From an uncultured virus (IMG/VR IMGVR_UViG_3300029964_000032) (lineage: Duplodnaviria > Heunggongvirae > Uroviricota > Caudoviricetes): DNA of 64,000 nucleotides. Where the stretch lies: the IMG/VR virus record IMGVR_UViG_3300029964_000032. One strand, written 5' to 3'. Under the pieces are notes generated by a model. That model saw nothing but the letters and a program-made list of their open reading frames with translations. It ran no database searches and was not told where the DNA came from. Each line of letters starts with the position of its first letter. Position 1 is the first letter of the stretch. Of the stretch, positions 1-10,500 are shown piece by piece. The translations under genes were made by a program, and so were the position numbers.

Positions 1-26
1 TAAGATAAGCCCTCGTAACTAACGAG

Positions 27-68
27 TTAGGCGGTAAGTCTCTGATAATAAAGAGGCTTGCCGCCTAA
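27..68 (+). terminator. Stem-loop upstream of integrase (terminator or att-associated hairpin)
   Basis: TTAGGCGGTAAGTCTC (27-42) pairs with GAGGCTTGCCGCCTAA (53-68) with two G-U pairs; T-rich tract follows. Confidence 0.6.
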
Positions 69-125
69 ATTGTTTTTGGTGGGTCTGCACGTTCTGCACA
101 CTAATCATGCAGAATTTGTAGGCTT

Positions 126-178
126 TGCTTACAAAAACTGACACAAACTTTGGTGGTCGTGCTTACAAGTGCTTACAA
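126..178 (+). repeat. Three direct repeats TGCTTACAA, candidate integrase arm-type binding sites
   Basis: Exact copies at 126-134, 160-168 and 170-178, just upstream of the integrase ATG; function is inferred. Confidence 0.55.
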
Positions 179-214
179 ACGATTTTTGATGAACAACAAA
201 ATAGAATTGAAATT

Positions 215-1711
215 ATGGCTCTATTCAAAGCAACGGTAAGAACGCCACGAAAGGACGGCTTCTACCAAGTGTACATCCGGGTGATGCAGAACCGCAAACC
301 CGGCTACATCAAGACAGACAAGGTTATTACCAAGAAACAGCTTGATCGAGAAGGGAATATTAGCGACCCATTTGTGACGGAATATTGCGCAAGGCGCATA
401 TTGAGGTTTAGTGAGCTGCTTAACAGGGTGGACTGCACAAGGTGGACGGTCAGGCAGATCATCGAGTATGTGACGAAGGAGGACGAGGACTTGTGCTTCT
501 CTGACTATGCTGCACTTCACATAGACCGTATGATTGACAATGGACAGGTGCGGAACGCCAAGAACTACAAACTGGCGTTGCAGCACATGGAGAGGTTTGC
601 AGGTACCAACAGGCTTATGTTCGGACAGCTGACATCGACATTCGTGAACCGATGGATAGCTACGTTGGAGCAGACGCACAGGGCAAAGGAAATGTACCCT
701 GTGTGCATAAGGCAAGTGTTCAGAGCTGCCATCAAGGAATACAACGACTACGACAACGGCATCATCCGTATCAGGACGAACCCTTGGGGCAAGGTGAAGA
801 TACCACAGGCGGACCGCTCGACAAAGATTGCCATCAGCCCGGAGGAATGCCGACTGTTCTTTGCTGCACCATTGCCGGAAACGAAGTTCATTGACCCGGT
901 GCCAGAGATTGGGCGTGACGTGGCCAAGATGATACTTTGCCTTGCAGGTATCAACACGGTTGACCTGTTCGAAATGCCAAGGGACGGCTATCACAACGGA
1001 ATATTATGCTACAACCGGGCGAAGACGAAGAAGGTACGCACGGATGATGCGTATATCGAGATGCGCGTGGAGCCGATTATCCAGCCATTGGTGGAGAAGT
1101 ACAAATCGCACGATCCAAACGACAAGTACTTTTTCAACTTCCATGAAAGGTTTTGTGACAGTGACTCTTTCTGTGCTTGTGTGAACAAAGGCATCAAGAT
1201 GGTTTGTGAGAGTATGGGCATCCCGAAAGCGAAGCAGTACAAGGCATACACGTTCCGGCACACATGGGGAACAGTGGCGCAGAACGACTGCAAAGCATCC
1301 ATTGACGAGGTTGCATTTGCCATGAACCACTCTCATGGGCGCACCATCACACGAGGTTATATCAAGTTGGACTTCACACCAGCGTGGGAACTCAACGCTA
1401 AAGTGATTGACTTCATCTTCTTCAGCACACGCAGGAGCAAGCAGGGAATGGCGCGAGACGTTGACGAACGGAAGGACGCTTTGTTCCGCATAGCACCGAA
1501 GTACATGATATATGCCCGGGCCTACTTCCGTGGTGAGGTTCTGGCCGAGGTGAGCGACATCGGCTTCAGCAACATTGACGGGATAATATCACGGCTGGCG
1601 GCGAAGCTGCCGGACAGCATCCCGGAAAGATGTGCAGTTCAATTCAGAATTAAAAACATTGACACGGAACGTGAGGCGGTGTATGAACGCACCAAAGGTA
1701 AGGGCTTTTAA
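215..1711 (+). CDS. int: Tyrosine recombinase / phage integrase (Bacteroidota type)
   Basis: N-terminal arm-binding region (DGFYQVYIRV), SAM-like core, catalytic YTFRHTW...AMNHS...TRGY; ATG 215 preferred over TTG 125. Confidence 0.92.
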   Translation: MALFKATVRTPRKDGFYQVYIRVMQNRKPGYIKTDKVITKKQLDREGNISDPFVTEYCARRILRFSELLNRVDCTRWTVRQIIEYVTKEDEDLCFSDYAALHIDRMIDNGQVRNAKNYKLALQHMERFAGTNRLMFGQLTSTFVNRWIATLEQTHRAKEMYPVCIRQVFRAAIKEYNDYDNGIIRIRTNPWGKVKIPQADRSTKIAISPEECRLFFAAPLPETKFIDPVPEIGRDVAKMILCLAGINTVDLFEMPRDGYHNGILCYNRAKTKKVRTDDAYIEMRVEPIIQPLVEKYKSHDPNDKYFFNFHERFCDSDSFCACVNKGIKMVCESMGIPKAKQYKAYTFRHTWGTVAQNDCKASIDEVAFAMNHSHGRTITRGYIKLDFTPAWELNAKVIDFIFFSTRRSKQGMARDVDERKDALFRIAPKYMIYARAYFRGEVLAEVSDIGFSNIDGIISRLAAKLPDSIPERCAVQFRIKNIDTEREAVYERTKGKGF

Positions 1712-1920
1712 TTTTTTGTCCGGCTTTGCAATTGCAAGGTCGGACATTTTCATTTTGTAGTATCTCAGAAAGTAAAAAAGAACTTCAAACTCGAAGTCTT
1801 TTTGTCGTCGTTGTTGTCGTATTATACGACGTAAGGAGTATAATATATATCTATATTCCTTTATCCTTTATCCTTTATGTTTATATAACATTCGTTATAT
1901 CTATACGCGCGCGCGAGGAA

Positions 1921-2300
1921 AACCCCATAGGGGATATTATTTGTGTCGAGTTTTCTTCTTTTGAAAAACCCCTATGGGGTTTCTAAAATAACCCCATAGG
2001 GGTTTTTATTCGCTGTAACATCTTAAATATCAACGAATAACGGCATTTTATGTTTTTCGCTTTTTGTCATAGTTCATTAGGGTTTAAGCATGTTCTTTAC
2101 AATTCGTTTCAGTGGAGTTTTCTGTTTTAAGTCGTTGATTACTTGGAAAATTATGTAGTTGCCGAGGGGTTTATTTACGGTTGATTTTCATGCAGTTAAA
2201 AAAACGGGTAAGGGGTTTTATAAATAACCCCATAGGGGTTTTTGTCTTGCGTTTTTAATAACCCCTTAGGGGTTTCTGAAATAACCCCATAGGGGTTTTT
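1921..2300. repeat. Six copies of palindrome AACCCC-WWW-GGGG(TT) in an AT-rich non-coding region; candidate replication origin or packaging site
   Basis: Copies near 1921, 1967, 1990, 2226, 2260 and 2283, plus half sites near 2165 and 2211. Confidence 0.85.
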
Positions 2301-2318
2301 GTTGAAGAGTTTGGGAAT

Positions 2319-2348
2319 AAAAAACGACCCATCCTCACGGACAGGTCG
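2319..2348 (-). terminator. Intrinsic terminator downstream of terS
   Basis: CGACC...GGTCG stem with GTGA loop on the minus strand, followed by a U-run (A-run 2319-2324 on +). Confidence 0.6.
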
Positions 2349-2412
2349 AAGCCTAAAAAACTATGAGTAAACAAAATGAGTCGGTCTAAAAGTAGATGAA
2401 ATAGAGACTGGC

Positions 2413-2754
2413 TTAATCGTCCTCGTCGTCGTCATCATCTTCTTCCTCGCCACAAAGAACGCGCAGCTTGTCTTCGATTGTGCGTACGCTGACGTGTGCG
2501 TTCATGTCAACGTCGATAGCCTTCATCTTTGGCGTGTGGAACTCCAGCAAGCGAAGTTCGGCGTTTACGCGATCGTCAGGCGCAAGCATCATCATGTCGC
2601 AATCGAAGTCTGACATTGTGCGCTTCTTACCGTCGTCGCCAACTATTTCCTTGGGTTCGAAGTATGCCAAGGAATGTGTTTTGATGAACCCTTTAATCGG
2701 GTTCTCCTTGTTTGGTGTGCCCTTTTTCCTGCCACCGGTCTTCATTCCCTTCAT
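2413..2754 (-). CDS. Probable terminase small subunit
   Basis: N-terminal KTGGRKKGTPNK motif typical of TerS-like proteins; acidic tail; ATG 2754 lies downstream of TATCTTTG promoter. Confidence 0.6.
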   Translation of the reverse strand: MKGMKTGGRKKGTPNKENPIKGFIKTHSLAYFEPKEIVGDDGKKRTMSDFDCDMMMLAPDDRVNAELRLLEFHTPKMKAIDVDMNAHVSVRTIEDKLRVLCGEEEDDDDDEDD

Positions 2755-2786
2755 ATTGAATATGTTTTGTGTTGCGCCGTTGGCGC

Positions 2787-2846
2787 AAAAGTTAAAAGTA
2801 CTGGGCAAAGATACATTACTAATTTAGCGCACGAATTATAACTTTT
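2787..2846. promoter_or_regulatory. Overlapping divergent promoters with shared upstream motif
   Basis: Plus strand: AAAAGTTAAA (G at 2791) and TAATTTAG 2820-2827. Minus strand: AAAAGTTATA (G at 2842) and TATCTTTG 2813-2806. Confidence 0.65.
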
Positions 2847-2861
2847 GAAACATAAAACGAT

Positions 2862-3359
2862 ATGGGACTAATTGGTAGCATAGCAGGAGGCGCACTCGGA
2901 GCAGCCGGCAGCATCTTTGGCGGCATCAGCGCAAGTAAGGCGATGAGACGAGTGAAGAAGAACCTCCAAGCACAGAAGGAGGCCAACCAGAACTGGTATG
3001 ACCGTCGTTATAACGAGGATGCGACGCAGAGGGCGGACGCTCAGCGCATACTCACCCAGACGGAGGAGAGCATCAGGAACCGCAACCGACAGGCGGCAGG
3101 TGCCCAAGCCGTGATGGGTGGTACTGACGAGAGCACAGCAGCAGCCAAGGCCGCGAACGCACAAGCATTGGCTGCTGCAACGTCGCAGATAGCTGTTAAT
3201 GCGGAGAACCGCAAAGACCAGATTGAGCAAACCTATCAGCAGCGCGACTCGCAGATCAACGAAGCGTTGAACAATTTGGAGATTAACAAGGCACAAGCCA
3301 TCAGTCAAGCCGTGCAGGGCGTAGCCAAAGCAGGTGCAGGGATTGCTGGAGCCTTCTAA
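2862..3359 (+). CDS. Probable internal virion / DNA ejection (pilot-like) protein
   Basis: Gly/Ala-rich hydrophobic N-terminus (MGLIGSIAGGALGAAGSIFGG), Gln/Ala coiled coil; first gene of the ejection cluster. Confidence 0.6.
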   Translation: MGLIGSIAGGALGAAGSIFGGISASKAMRRVKKNLQAQKEANQNWYDRRYNEDATQRADAQRILTQTEESIRNRNRQAAGAQAVMGGTDESTAAAKAANAQALAAATSQIAVNAENRKDQIEQTYQQRDSQINEALNNLEINKAQAISQAVQGVAKAGAGIAGAF

Positions 3360-3370
3360 AAACATTCGAC

Positions 3371-4567
3371 ATGAGTAATTGGACAGAAGAACAGCAGGAA
3401 CAGTACGAGCAGGGCAATGATGGTGGATATACCCCACCTAAAGGTTCGCTTGACTGGGCCGAGCAGCCTACACAGCCAGAGCCAGCACCGAAAGGGACGG
3501 AGGCATGGACCGAGCAGAACAGCGGAGGCAATGCACCGGAGCCGTCGGAGTCGAAAGAACCACCAAAGACAGATGTGGCACCACCTGCCGACAAGCCAGC
3601 CGGTGTGTCGCCACACAACGACACGATGGGCTACGACCAGCAGATAGCAGCCTTGCAGGAAGCCGCTAACCGCGTGAAGCCGGAAACCGAGGAGGAACGC
3701 AAGAAGAGAGAACGCAGAGAGAAGTCAGCGAAGATTGTTTCAGCTGTCAGCGACGGTCTGCAAGCGTTGAGCAACCTTTTCTTCACTACTCGCGGTGCTC
3801 CTAACATGTATGACCACAAGGAGGCAAGCCAGCTCACGCCATTGCAGGAGAAACTGGAGAAGCTGAAAGCTGAACGACAAGCCAACGCGGACAAATACCT
3901 CCAGTATTCACTCAAAATCGGTGACGCACAGAATGAGCGTGCCAAGACCTTGCGAGAGATGGAAGCTGAGCAGGAAAAGCAAAAATTGGCACGTGAAAAG
4001 GCACAACGTGAGCAAGAAGAGCACGGATGGCTTGCGGCATTGCAGCCAGACAAGCAGCGTGAGCAAGCTGGTAAGGCTACTAAAGCCGAACAGGAGGCTG
4101 TTACCGCCAAGGCAGAAGCGGACAATGCTCCTGATCTCTACAAGGCAAAGGTTGATACCGAAAAGGCACGAGGTGAGGCACAGAGAGCGTCGGCTGCATC
4201 AAGCCGGGCAGCGGCTACAGACCATTATGCTTCGGCAAGAGCGCACGACCGCTCCAACAACGACGAGTTCAGTGCATGGGACGAGAATGGACGCGAACAC
4301 AAGTTCAGAACGGCAGCAGCTGCGGAGGCTTTTGCCAAACAGCACGGCACATTCGAGGAGACCGATGTCACCTCTACAAGCACAACTGACAGCGAGACCA
4401 ACGGCAAGTCCACTACTACCTACAAGAAGAAAAGTGGCTATGCCAAGCGCGTAGTTCCCGATAATACGCCCCCAAGCAGAAGACGCGGAGGCAATAAAGA
4501 TAATACACCACCAAGCAGAAGACGCGGAGGCAATAAAGATAATACACCACCAAGCAGAAGAAGATAA
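3371..4567 (+). CDS. Probable internal virion/ejection protein, coiled coil
   Basis: 398-aa ORF; stop overlaps start of the giant gene (TAATG). Confidence 0.6.
   Translation: MSNWTEEQQEQYEQGNDGGYTPPKGSLDWAEQPTQPEPAPKGTEAWTEQNSGGNAPEPSESKEPPKTDVAPPADKPAGVSPHNDTMGYDQQIAALQEAANRVKPETEEERKKRERREKSAKIVSAVSDGLQALSNLFFTTRGAPNMYDHKEASQLTPLQEKLEKLKAERQANADKYLQYSLKIGDAQNERAKTLREMEAEQEKQKLAREKAQREQEEHGWLAALQPDKQREQAGKATKAEQEAVTAKAEADNAPDLYKAKVDTEKARGEAQRASAASSRAAATDHYASARAHDRSNNDEFSAWDENGREHKFRTAAAAEAFAKQHGTFEETDVTSTSTTDSETNGKSTTTYKKKSGYAKRVVPDNTPPSRRRGGNKDNTPPSRRRGGNKDNTPPSRRR
4460..4561 (+). repeat. 39-bp tandem repeat x2.6 encoding DNTPPSRRRGGNK
   Basis: Units at 4460, 4499 and 4538 (partial). Confidence 0.95.
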
Positions 4568-7500
4568 TGGCACAAGTAAACGATAATGACGACATCAAGT
4601 GGCTCTACGGCAAACTGAAAGCCAAGGGCTACAATATTGGCAGTGAAGCAGAGTTCAAGTCTTCGCTTGCCAACGGTGAAGACCGCAAGTGGTATTACGA
4701 GAAGGCCAAGGGCATGGGGCTTGACATGGGCAGCATGGCCGACTTCGAGAGTATGTATGCACCAAAGGCGGCACCGGCACCCAAGAGGGAAGCCCCATCT
4801 TCTGGACAGCGGAGGCCAGCCTCAGCCGTTTCGGCATCCCCGGAACAGCCAAAGCAGCAGAAGCCGAAGGGCACGCCTATGACGGAGCAGGACAAAATCC
4901 GCATGAGCTTGCAGATGGGCCAGATGAAGCAGCAGGTGCAGCAGGGCATTGCCAACACCAATGCCAAGATTGGTCGCATGATGGAGCCGTTGACACAGAA
5001 AGGACGCGAGCGACGCAGACTTGGAGAGTTCCAAGCGCGTATGGCTGGCACTCCTACTCATGTCGTCGGCTTCAACACCGCATCCCCGGCTCCAGCAAGT
5101 AGTGGCGCACGTGGCGGCAGTCGGCAGAAGCCGGTGCAGAGCGAGCAGTCGCCTCAGCCATACGGCGTGAAGTATGAGAACGGCAAGGCGAAAACCCAGT
5201 GGGTATTGCCCGACGGTACGCTCACTACATCACTTATAGAGGCCAACCAAGCCGAGTATGAGGCAAGAACGGCACGTCTCGCCCACCAATTCCAAAACCG
5301 TATGAAGGAGAACGGACTTGACCCTAACAAGCCCGAGGACGTTCGCAAACAGGCGCAGCTGGACTATGAGGCTCCTATGCGAAAGGCCATTGAAGACGAG
5401 TGGCAGCGTGCCGAAGCCGAGGACAGAGCGGCTGATGAGGCGTACCGCAAGGATATGGAACGTGCTGAAGGTGGCAGTTTCTGGAATAGGTTGAAGAAAT
5501 CTATCACTCCTCTTGGTCCCGATGGTATGCCATTGCGACGAGGTGACGAGACTTTGCGCGACATCAAACGAGCAGCCAAGCGTCAGGACACGTTCAATCT
5601 GGAGAAGATGGCGCAGTCGGTGTTGCAGAATATGCCACAGGAGTATAAGGATAATCAGATGCTGAACTACAGCCGCTATTTCCGCGAGCATCCGTCGGAG
5701 CTGAAAGGCAGAACGGTGTCGCAAGCTGCAAAGGAAGCCCTGCAAGGCGAGGTGTACCACGCTACGTATGAGCGTGCAGTGCAAGCACGAATGCCTAAGA
5801 GTAAGACGGAGTTCCTTCTTCGCAAGGTTGCAGACCAGCCTTTCTTCTCACAGACGATTGCCGACAATATGGCAGCACGTCTATTCTCCCACTCCATCGG
5901 AACAGAGGCCGCCGACATGGACGCGATGAGCAGATATGGCACAGATCATCGTGCGCTCGACATCACTGGTACCGTTTTGAATATGGCTATTGACCCGACT
6001 ACCTATATTTCGGGTGGTGTTGGTAGCTTTGCAGGTAAACAAGCCTTGAAACTGAGTGGCAAAATGGCACTTAAAGGCGCAAGCAAGGAAGCTGCAGAGC
6101 GTTACGTCGGTCGTACACTTGCCGGACGTATGGTTGCAGGAGTGGCCGCAGGTTCTGCCAACTTCGGTACATTCGAGGGCTTGAAGAACATGCAGCAGCA
6201 GATGAGGCTGGGCGGAACATTGAACCCGGAAACTGGCGAGTATGAGTTTTCAGCTGGCGACATGTTGAAGGCGACCGGGCACGGCATGTTGCTCGGTTCG
6301 GTTACCGGTACCCTATCTCCAGTGTTGGGCAATGTGTCTGACAAGTTGGTGAAGGCCACCGAGAGCACGGCTGGCAAGGTGGGCATCCGTGCAGGAGAGC
6401 TTATGACCTCTACTGTTGCCGAGGGAACTATTTTTGCCACTCCCGAATGGATCGAGAACGCACAGTTAGCAGACGACGACCCAAGAAAGCGCAAGGCTAT
6501 GGACATCTGGACGGACAACATGGCTATGATGTTGGGCTTCAAGGTAAGCCACGGCATCAAGTCGGCACCACAGGTTATTGCCGGTCTTCGTCCTATAGCT
6601 GAGCCTAAGACCATGGAGGAGCGCAACCGCAACCGAAGAAGTTTTGCAGAGAGACTACGTAAGCGCATGGATGCGAGTCCGCGTGACCTCGACTTCACCA
6701 AGGAGGAACGTGAGGAACTCAGACGCAACGGATATGGTGACCTTGCATCGCTCTTCACTCGCACACCTAAGCAGCCGACAAAACCAAAAGCCAAGCCGAC
6801 AAGACCAAAAGCCAAGCCGACCATGACGGACGGCAAAACCATGACCTTTGACGTTGACTACCAACATGCAGAGGCCAAGCGTGTGAGCAATCCGGAGTTT
6901 GACGGCTACGAAGCTATGGAACGCCTCATGCAGGACCCGAACGTCAGTCAGAGCGCAAGAGCGAAGGCATATTATATCCTCACTGGACGTATGTTGCCGA
7001 TGGGCACCGTCACTGGTTATACAACCAATAAGGATGCAAACGGCGTGACAGTACAGGCTATGACCGCACAAGGTGAGGTTGTAACGAGCCGTCACTTCAA
7101 GACCGAGGAAGAGGCAAAGAAGGAGGAGGCCAACATCATGCGTCAGGCAGAGCTTAACAGTGTGGACGTTGGTGAACGCTACAAGGAAGCAGCCGCCAAT
7201 GCCAAGGTTGTGCAAGCCGCAGTTGAGTCTGTTGCACCCGGTGCCGATTTTGCCACTGTTATGCGCAACTACAAGGCTGTGAAGGAGGGCGACAAGGATG
7301 CTATTGCGGCCTATGGCAAGATGGTTGAGGATATAGACCGCGCCATTGAAGCCAACAAGACAATGGCAGACGGTGAACGTCCGGAAGCCATCCGCGCATC
7401 AATCAAGGAGGAAACCGGCGTGGACGTTGACGCTACACTACGCAAGGAGCCGAAAAACCGCACCGAAGAGGAGCAAGCAGCTGTAGAAGACTATATCAAG

Positions 7501-10500
7501 CGTTTGTTCCCAGAACAGAAGAGCGAGGAGGCAGGAGCCAGCGCAGAGGCAGAGCAGCCTATGTCGGAGGCAGAGTCAGCCGCCGCAGCCGCATACGACC
7601 AAGCACGTCTGCTTTGGGATAAGGTGGAGAAAGGCGATACCGACGCTAAGGCCGAGGTAGATGCCATTACTTTGCGTATGCAGGAGGCTTACCAGATGTG
7701 TGAGGATGCCTTCGGTGCTGACGCTGAAATGCGCATTGCAGAAATAAACGAAGACCCTTGGCCGCTTGTCAACAATCCGGAACTAAGCGAAGACCAGCAG
7801 GACGCTGTACTCTATTATGTCAATGCCAAGGCAGCAATGGAGGGCGTTATGGACGCTTCTAATGAAGCCGCCGACGGCAAGCGCAAGGAGGTTGAAGCCA
7901 ATGTGGAGCGACACACCCATAAGGATATGGGCGTTGTTCAGCCTGCAACCATGAAGGTTGACGACAAGTCGGTGTACGTTGTCAAGGGCAATGTCGTGAT
8001 GCTCCCCGATGGTTCCGGCATTGACGTGCGCAATTCGGATCAGAGTATTGTTATCTGTGATGCAGAGACTGGCGAGTATAAGTTTGCCAGCCCGGACCAG
8101 CTGTTCTCTCTTGGTGAGGCTATCGACCCACAGACAGAACTCGATGAGGCATACGCCAACATTCAAGCCGAGCACGAAGCCGTGCTTGGTGTACCAGAAA
8201 ACGGTGAAAACGTACAGGGAAACGGTGAAAACGTACCAAATTCGGCTGAAAACGTATCACAGCTTACCGATGAGCAGTTGCAACAGTACGCCCATAGTGC
8301 CTTCAATGAAGCCACACAGAGCAACGGTATCACTATTCCGCAAGAGCAAGCCGAGCAGTTGCAGCAGCACAACCAACAGATGCTGGAGCAGGAACAACAG
8401 CGCAAGGAAGAGGAGGCAAACCGACAGCCTACCGCATTGGAGCGTGTACCCATCAACGAGGAAACCGGTGAACCTATGTTTGAGAAGGCAGACCGCGAGA
8501 CAGCCCTTGATGCTCTCAACGAGGTTACTGGAGGCAATGATGAAAATACTACTGCCATCGTGAGAGCGCAAGTGGAACAGGCGACTAAGGCACTTGAAGC
8601 GTTGAAGAAGAAGGAACCCACAAAGAAAGCTCCTTCTCTGAAAGGTTCACCAATGGCAATGGTAAAGGCGCAGCAGGAAGCAGAGGCCAACTACAACACC
8701 GCCATGGAAGAGTATAACGCCCAAGTAGCCGCAGCAGAAGAGAACTTGAACGCATGGTCGCGCATCAACTCCCTTATGAATGACAGAAAGCGTGCCATCC
8801 GTGAGCAGCAGGAGGCAGAGCGCAAGGTTCGCGAGGAAAAGCTACACGCCGAAGCCGTTGCACGTTTGGAGGAAGACAAGCGCATTGCCGCTGAGAAAGC
8901 AGCCGAGCAAGAGGCCGTCGGCACTCATGCCGTGAACCCGAAGATAAAAGCAAAGTGGGACGGAGCCACCAAGGTTGAGGGCAATCCTAATGCTATCACC
9001 CTTGCAGATGGTTCTACAATCCGTGGTCACTACGTCCTCACTGAGGCAGGAGCAGCCACAGCCAGCCATGACGTGAACAATGCCTACGAGCCTACTGAAG
9101 GTTTCCCGGTTGATGAGAATGGTGAGAGCGTGAATGACCGTGACTACAAGCGTGACAAAGACGCGCAGCGCATTGTAAGGGATATGGCCGACAGCTACGA
9201 CAGCAGAGCTTTGCAGACACCAGTCATTGTCAGCAAGGACGGCGTTGTGCTTTCGGGCAACAACCGCACTATGTCGGGCGAGATTGCAGCAAAGAACGGC
9301 ACAGACAAGGCGTATGTGGACCACTTGCGCGAGTTTGGATCCATGTTCGGTTTCACTCCCGAGCAGATAGACGGCATGCAACATCCGCGTGTTGTCTTTG
9401 TTCCAGATGAGGAACTGCCATACGATGCAAGTACGTTTGCACGTTTCAACGCAGAACAGCAGAAGAAGCAGAGCAAGCCTGAGCACGCCGTGAAACTTGG
9501 CAAGATTGTTCCTGACAATGTGTTCACAAGCATAACCAATGACATCAGTCGCTTTGACCGCATGTCTGACTACTATGCCGACGACAAATCAGTGGCTTCT
9601 GCCATCAGTCAGTTGTTGGATGCAGGAGTTATTAACGAAATGCAGTTACCAGAGCTTCGCACTGGCAATGCTTTGTCGGCAGCAGGTAAGGAACTTATCG
9701 AGAACACACTTATAGGCAAGGTCTTCCAGACTTCGCCCGATGCCGTGCGCCAGATTATCAGCACACCGACACTTCGTCAGTCTGTTGTTATGGGCTTGAA
9801 CGAGATTGCCAACAACCGCACACTTGCCAAGAGCGGCTATGACCTTAGCAAGGAATTGGCAGCAGCCGTTGATCTTGTGAGTCGTGCCAAGTCTGACTCG
9901 CCCGAGATCTATAAGGAAGGTATGCCGGTATCTCCTTACGGCAGACAGCAGGGTCTGTTTGACGACGAATACGGAGACAGTCGTGTAACTGATGGCGTTA
10001 CGTTGCTCCTTGCCGACCTGCTAAACAGCGGAAAGCCGAGCGACTTGCGCAAGGTTCTCTCTACATACAATAACGAGGCTGCATCATCTGCTGCAGGTCA
10101 GATAGACATGTTCAGCGGAGACGTGACCTCCAAGGAAGAAATTCTCAAAAACGTAAACGAATATTTCAGAAATGCTACACCAAAAGAACAACAAGCCCTC
10201 ATCGACGCAGCCGTTGCAGAACGCAAACGGAGAGCAGAAGCCGCAGAGCCAGCTGGAGGAGACGAGGCAAGCGAACAAGCTACGGTTGTTGCTGGGAGCG
10301 ATGCAGAGCCTCAACAGCCAGTCGTAGCCAGTGAAAAACCAGTTAAGGGTAACGAACCCGATGCCGACGCATTGGCGAAGGAAGCCGAGGATAAACTGAG
10401 CGAGCGCATCACCGATACAGAAGACGAGTGGACGGAGCCAAGCGAATATGGAGAAATCTACAAGCATCGTATGTTCGTTGATGGCAAGGAAGTTATCAAG

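Noticed and set aside
1726..1986. 86-aa hydrophobic ORF after integrase
   Set aside because: TTG start, runs through low-complexity AT tracts and palindromes; likely spurious
1921..2300. Possible CRISPR array
   Set aside because: Repeats are only ~15-21 nt with irregular spacing, and no cas genes are present
6772..8255. Short 21-bp in-frame repeats (PTKPKAK; NGENV)
   Set aside because: Ordinary linker duplications with no evidence of special function
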